DNA of 64,000 nucleotides from Takakia lepidozioides (lineage: Eukaryota; Plantae; Bryophyta): assembly GCA_030704615.1 (NCBI GenBank), contig CM060732.1, forward strand, positions 44,454,001-44,518,000. Reading direction: 5' to 3'. Below, in pieces: positions 60,593-64,000 of the stretch. Made by a program: the position numbers and the translations under genes. Each line of letters begins with the position of its first letter. Position 1 is the stretch's first letter. The notes beneath the pieces were generated by a model. That model saw only the letters and a program-made list of their open reading frames with translations, ran no database searches and had not been told where the DNA came from.

Positions 60593-63572
60593 GGATGTGT
60601 CGTACCGACCTCCCCGACGATCTTGCCCCCTTTTGGGCACCAGATGTCCCCCGTCAGCGCGGGCAGTCCGAGTCCACGAGAAAGCGAACAGGCAATGCAG
60701 GCGACACGAGCTTCCAAACGTGCACAGGATTGGCTGCGCTAGCAGCTACAAGCTCAAGGACCCAACAGCAAATGTGAGGAGTCTACGACTCTACCAGAAG
60801 AGATAGTCCGCCAGGGAATCCACACAAGGCGAACTTGCGAGCAAAAAAGGAGGAGGGTGGGGGACAAGACGAACAGCACAGATGAGCAAACTGTCAGCAA
60901 ACGGAGTCGAAGTGAGGAGATAGAAGAGAAGTGGTGCAGGAAAGCAGCTGGGCTTGGGGACAATGCGGAGAGACACAAATCCAACAGTGGCATTCTACCG
61001 CAACGAAGGTGATGGGCAACCTGGCATTTGGACCGTTGGGCAGCCATGACTGTCTGCGTACTTACGTCAGACTGTATCTCTCTCTGTCTCTCTCTCACAC
61101 AAGCGAGAGCAGTGCTGCCCAGGCCTACAAGTCAGCTTTCAAAAGCATCCAACAAGCCACAGTGGCAGCCATTGATCCTGGGTTCAAACCCATTGTGCCT
61201 AAGTTGAAGCTTGCTGTCTTGCAGATTTGTGGATTTTTGAACAGATTGTAAGGGGAGAATCAAGCACCCATCAACTCTGTTTCTTATTATTTGGCGAGCA
61301 CATTGACAGACAGCTTTTGAGGCAATTACTACATAGCTTTCAAGGAGAACAACTCCAGTTCCTGGGCCCACCATCTTCGTCATTCCCAACGGATACTGTA
61401 GAAGAACGGTCACTGTAGCAACTGCAGCAGGAGATTTCAATCAATGCTTCTCTCATATTGCAGCCACACTTGATGAATCCAATCCTTGTTCACTGCCACG
61501 CTGAGTCCCCATTTGCCGCATCTGCCCACTCAACATTCTGTCCAAAGTATCACTGTTCCTTCACAACAGCCATACATACTTATAATAAGCAGTTTATCAA
61601 GCAGTGTTTGCAGTTTGCACAATCTTCTATGCACCTGCTGCTGCCTGCAACTCTGAAATTGGCTTTGCAGACACCCACATGGCTGACACTCTGCATTATT
61701 TCACAGGCGACCACGCAAACACAGACGTGATATGCTATGGATGAAAATCCAACATACTTGGCTATGATTTGCAAGATAGAAGAAGAAGATACAAGATACA
61801 CGACAGAGTAAAGTACTTCAATGAATGATGTTCCAGAGACACAGTATTGTTTTATGTAGCAGGACAATTGCCCTCCAATGCTTGTGTCCGATACCAACTT
61901 GAAAACTTTGACAGCAAGGAGCAAGTAGGAGAGGTTAACCCTTAATCACCCAAGGTGGTAATGATCTTTTTGGACTTTTTTGGTGCCCTGCTGCACTAAA
62001 ATCAGTCAACTACCTACCACCATCCATCCACAAATTCCAACAGTATAACACTGATAGGGGGGGCACACAGATGAATACTTAAAACGCCATTCCCATAACG
62101 CGGGGCGTTGGCGCACAGCAGTGTCGGGCCCTTCCGAGCATAAGGAACGAAAAGTGGAGAATTAGTACAAGTAAGCTGAACAAGAGCCGTACGCCTTGTT
62201 TCACACCTCACGGTGTTTACATCTGCCTAACCACCGGCTTTGTCCCGCTTTGTCAAGCTTACGCTTACCATGATGAAGATTGGACACTATACCGATGGTA
62301 GCTCGGCATCGGGAATCTATGAGTTTGTCAACACCCGCTTCGTGAACGAAGTATATAGACGTGAACGAAGGCTCATTTACATAGCTAATTAAAGAATCGT
62401 TCCCTACGGAAACTACTCAAAGTCGTTTAAGCTCTTGTTGGAGCCTCCAGTGATGAAAGTCTCTCTGGGCAAACTCGCTTTGTTGGGCTGTGTCGTCAAT
62501 TTATTAGGAGAGCCTTCATCTAAGTCTTGGCTCGTGCAGCTGTCGCCCAAAATACAATCAATTATCTACCCAATCGATGGGGGGGATTGTACTTGATACT
62601 GTCGGGCAGCAAAGCTTACACTTGTTCACTCGTGATGGTTCACCAGGGCCTCTTTCCTCCTCCCTTTTTTGTACCGGTTGTTATGCCAATAGCAGCTTGC
62701 TACATTCGATTGCTTGACCTGCGGCTTCGTCCATAGCACTAAAAATAACTTAAACCTAAAGTCCAGTCCGGCTGGCGCGTAAAGTGGCGTACAGAACCGT
62801 TGAGAGCTCTTGTTTTCTCGGTGGAGGAAAAGTACGATCTTGGACTCGCCCCCTTCGCATGACCTAAATAGGTCCTACATCCGCCACCACGTCCGCTCGA
62901 CGCAGTTCTTTGACATCCAAGAAACTGCGTTATGCAGATGGAGCGACGTCCCGTGGATAGTGCGGCCAATATGGGGCTGCCACGAGCACTCATGTGAGCG
63001 TCAAGAGCTTGCTATGCTTGCAGTGAAACCATTTCTACCCGCATCAATCTGGGCTGTCAATCCGGACCGCATCCCTACCGTTCAAACCGGGCCCCACCAG
63101 CAAACGTTGGGGCTGGCTGGGGCTGCTGTGGCGGCTCCCCTCGTGCCTCCTGCTAATGCACATTGGAGGCATGTGTGGCCGCCTAGTTCAGTTATGCATC
63201 ACGCCTCCAAAGTTGGCAGGATTCCCCTATGGAAATTAGAGGGGGGGGTGGGATGTATGAGAGTGAGCCCGTTCAGAAATCATTCCATCCGAGGTTGGGT
63301 AACATGAGCACAAGGGCATATTCCCTGAATTTCTGCGATACCCGCCGAATATTCCACAGCGAAACGAAATTGGCGAAACTAACAACTATGCGAAACCAAC
63401 ACATAATTAACAGGTAGCCCCTAAACCTGATGAACATGTAACACTATAGACGTGGTTTTTTCTCGCGTTGTGCTCGCTCGATACCAGCCCATTTTCGTAA
63501 CAAATAGTGGGCGGTGAAATTTCACCTCAAATTTAAGGTCCTCACCCATAGATATTTTCGCACAACAAAACT

Positions 63573-63730
63573 TTGTACCAACCAGCCTAAGAAGAAATCA
63601 CACTGTAGGATAATTTCAGATGGCGAAACACTGTACCAACCAGCCTAAGAAGAAATCACATTGTAGGATAATTTCGCACAGCGAAATTCTGTACAAATCA
63701 GCATGAGAAGAAATCACATTGTAGCTGAAA
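63573..63730. repeat. ~59-bp tandem repeat, 2.6 copies
   Basis: tgtaccaaccagcctaagaagaaatcaca.tgtaggataatttc occurs twice, followed by a diverged third copy. Confidence 0.85.
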
Positions 63731-64000
63731 CGATGAATATGTCACTTTTAAAGTCCCCACCCATGTATATTTTCGCAGAGCAATACCCTCTCCCCTAAAA
63801 GCTACAATTACATATTGAGAGATGCATTTGCAGTGCAAAATTCGGATCCATGAAGAGAGGTTGGGTAGTGTGTAGTTAGGATGCTCACGAACATGAAAAA
63901 ATATAAAAAATATTCTTGAGATGCCCAAAGAAAATTGCAAAGCTAAAGAGATTGTACTCACACGACAAAATTAAAAGGAGTATAATATCAAAATTGTATA

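Noticed and set aside
62739-63307. 165-aa ORF at 62810-63307
   Set aside because: Non-ATG start, no domain and no splice support.

Overview
Eukaryotic, intron-rich land-plant nuclear DNA. The many PLS/DYW-type PPR loci and the overall gene architecture suggest a bryophyte or other early-diverging land plant, which is inference only. Eight apparently intact genes were reconstructed by hand from GT-AG junctions and frame continuity: an NPF/PTR transporter (-), a DWF1-like sterol side-chain reductase (-), argininosuccinate synthase (+), a VTI1 SNARE (+), organellar MutS2 (-), INO80 subunit IES6 (-), an intronless DUF2828/vWA protein (-) and a GH17 beta-1,3-glucanase with X8 domain (-). There are four PPR loci: the 3' end of a DYW gene at the left edge, one multiply frameshifted PPR-DYW pseudogene and two smaller relics. 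Other gene debris includes an NPF fragment, an RluA-type pseudouridine synthase exon and an unidentified multi-exon relic. Repeats include hAT- and Harbinger-type MITEs, several tandem duplications and an AT-rich island (~46.8-51.6 kb) holding a ~2.3 kb diverged fold-back. I see no rRNA, tRNA or CRISPR, and I cannot support a complete novel multi-gene system. The best leads are the fold-back, the duplicated splice acceptors and non-canonical motif in the NPF gene, the divergent DWF1-like gene, and the pseudouridine-synthase exon next to the PPR-DYW pseudogene. Family assignments rest on recalled motifs, not on database searches.
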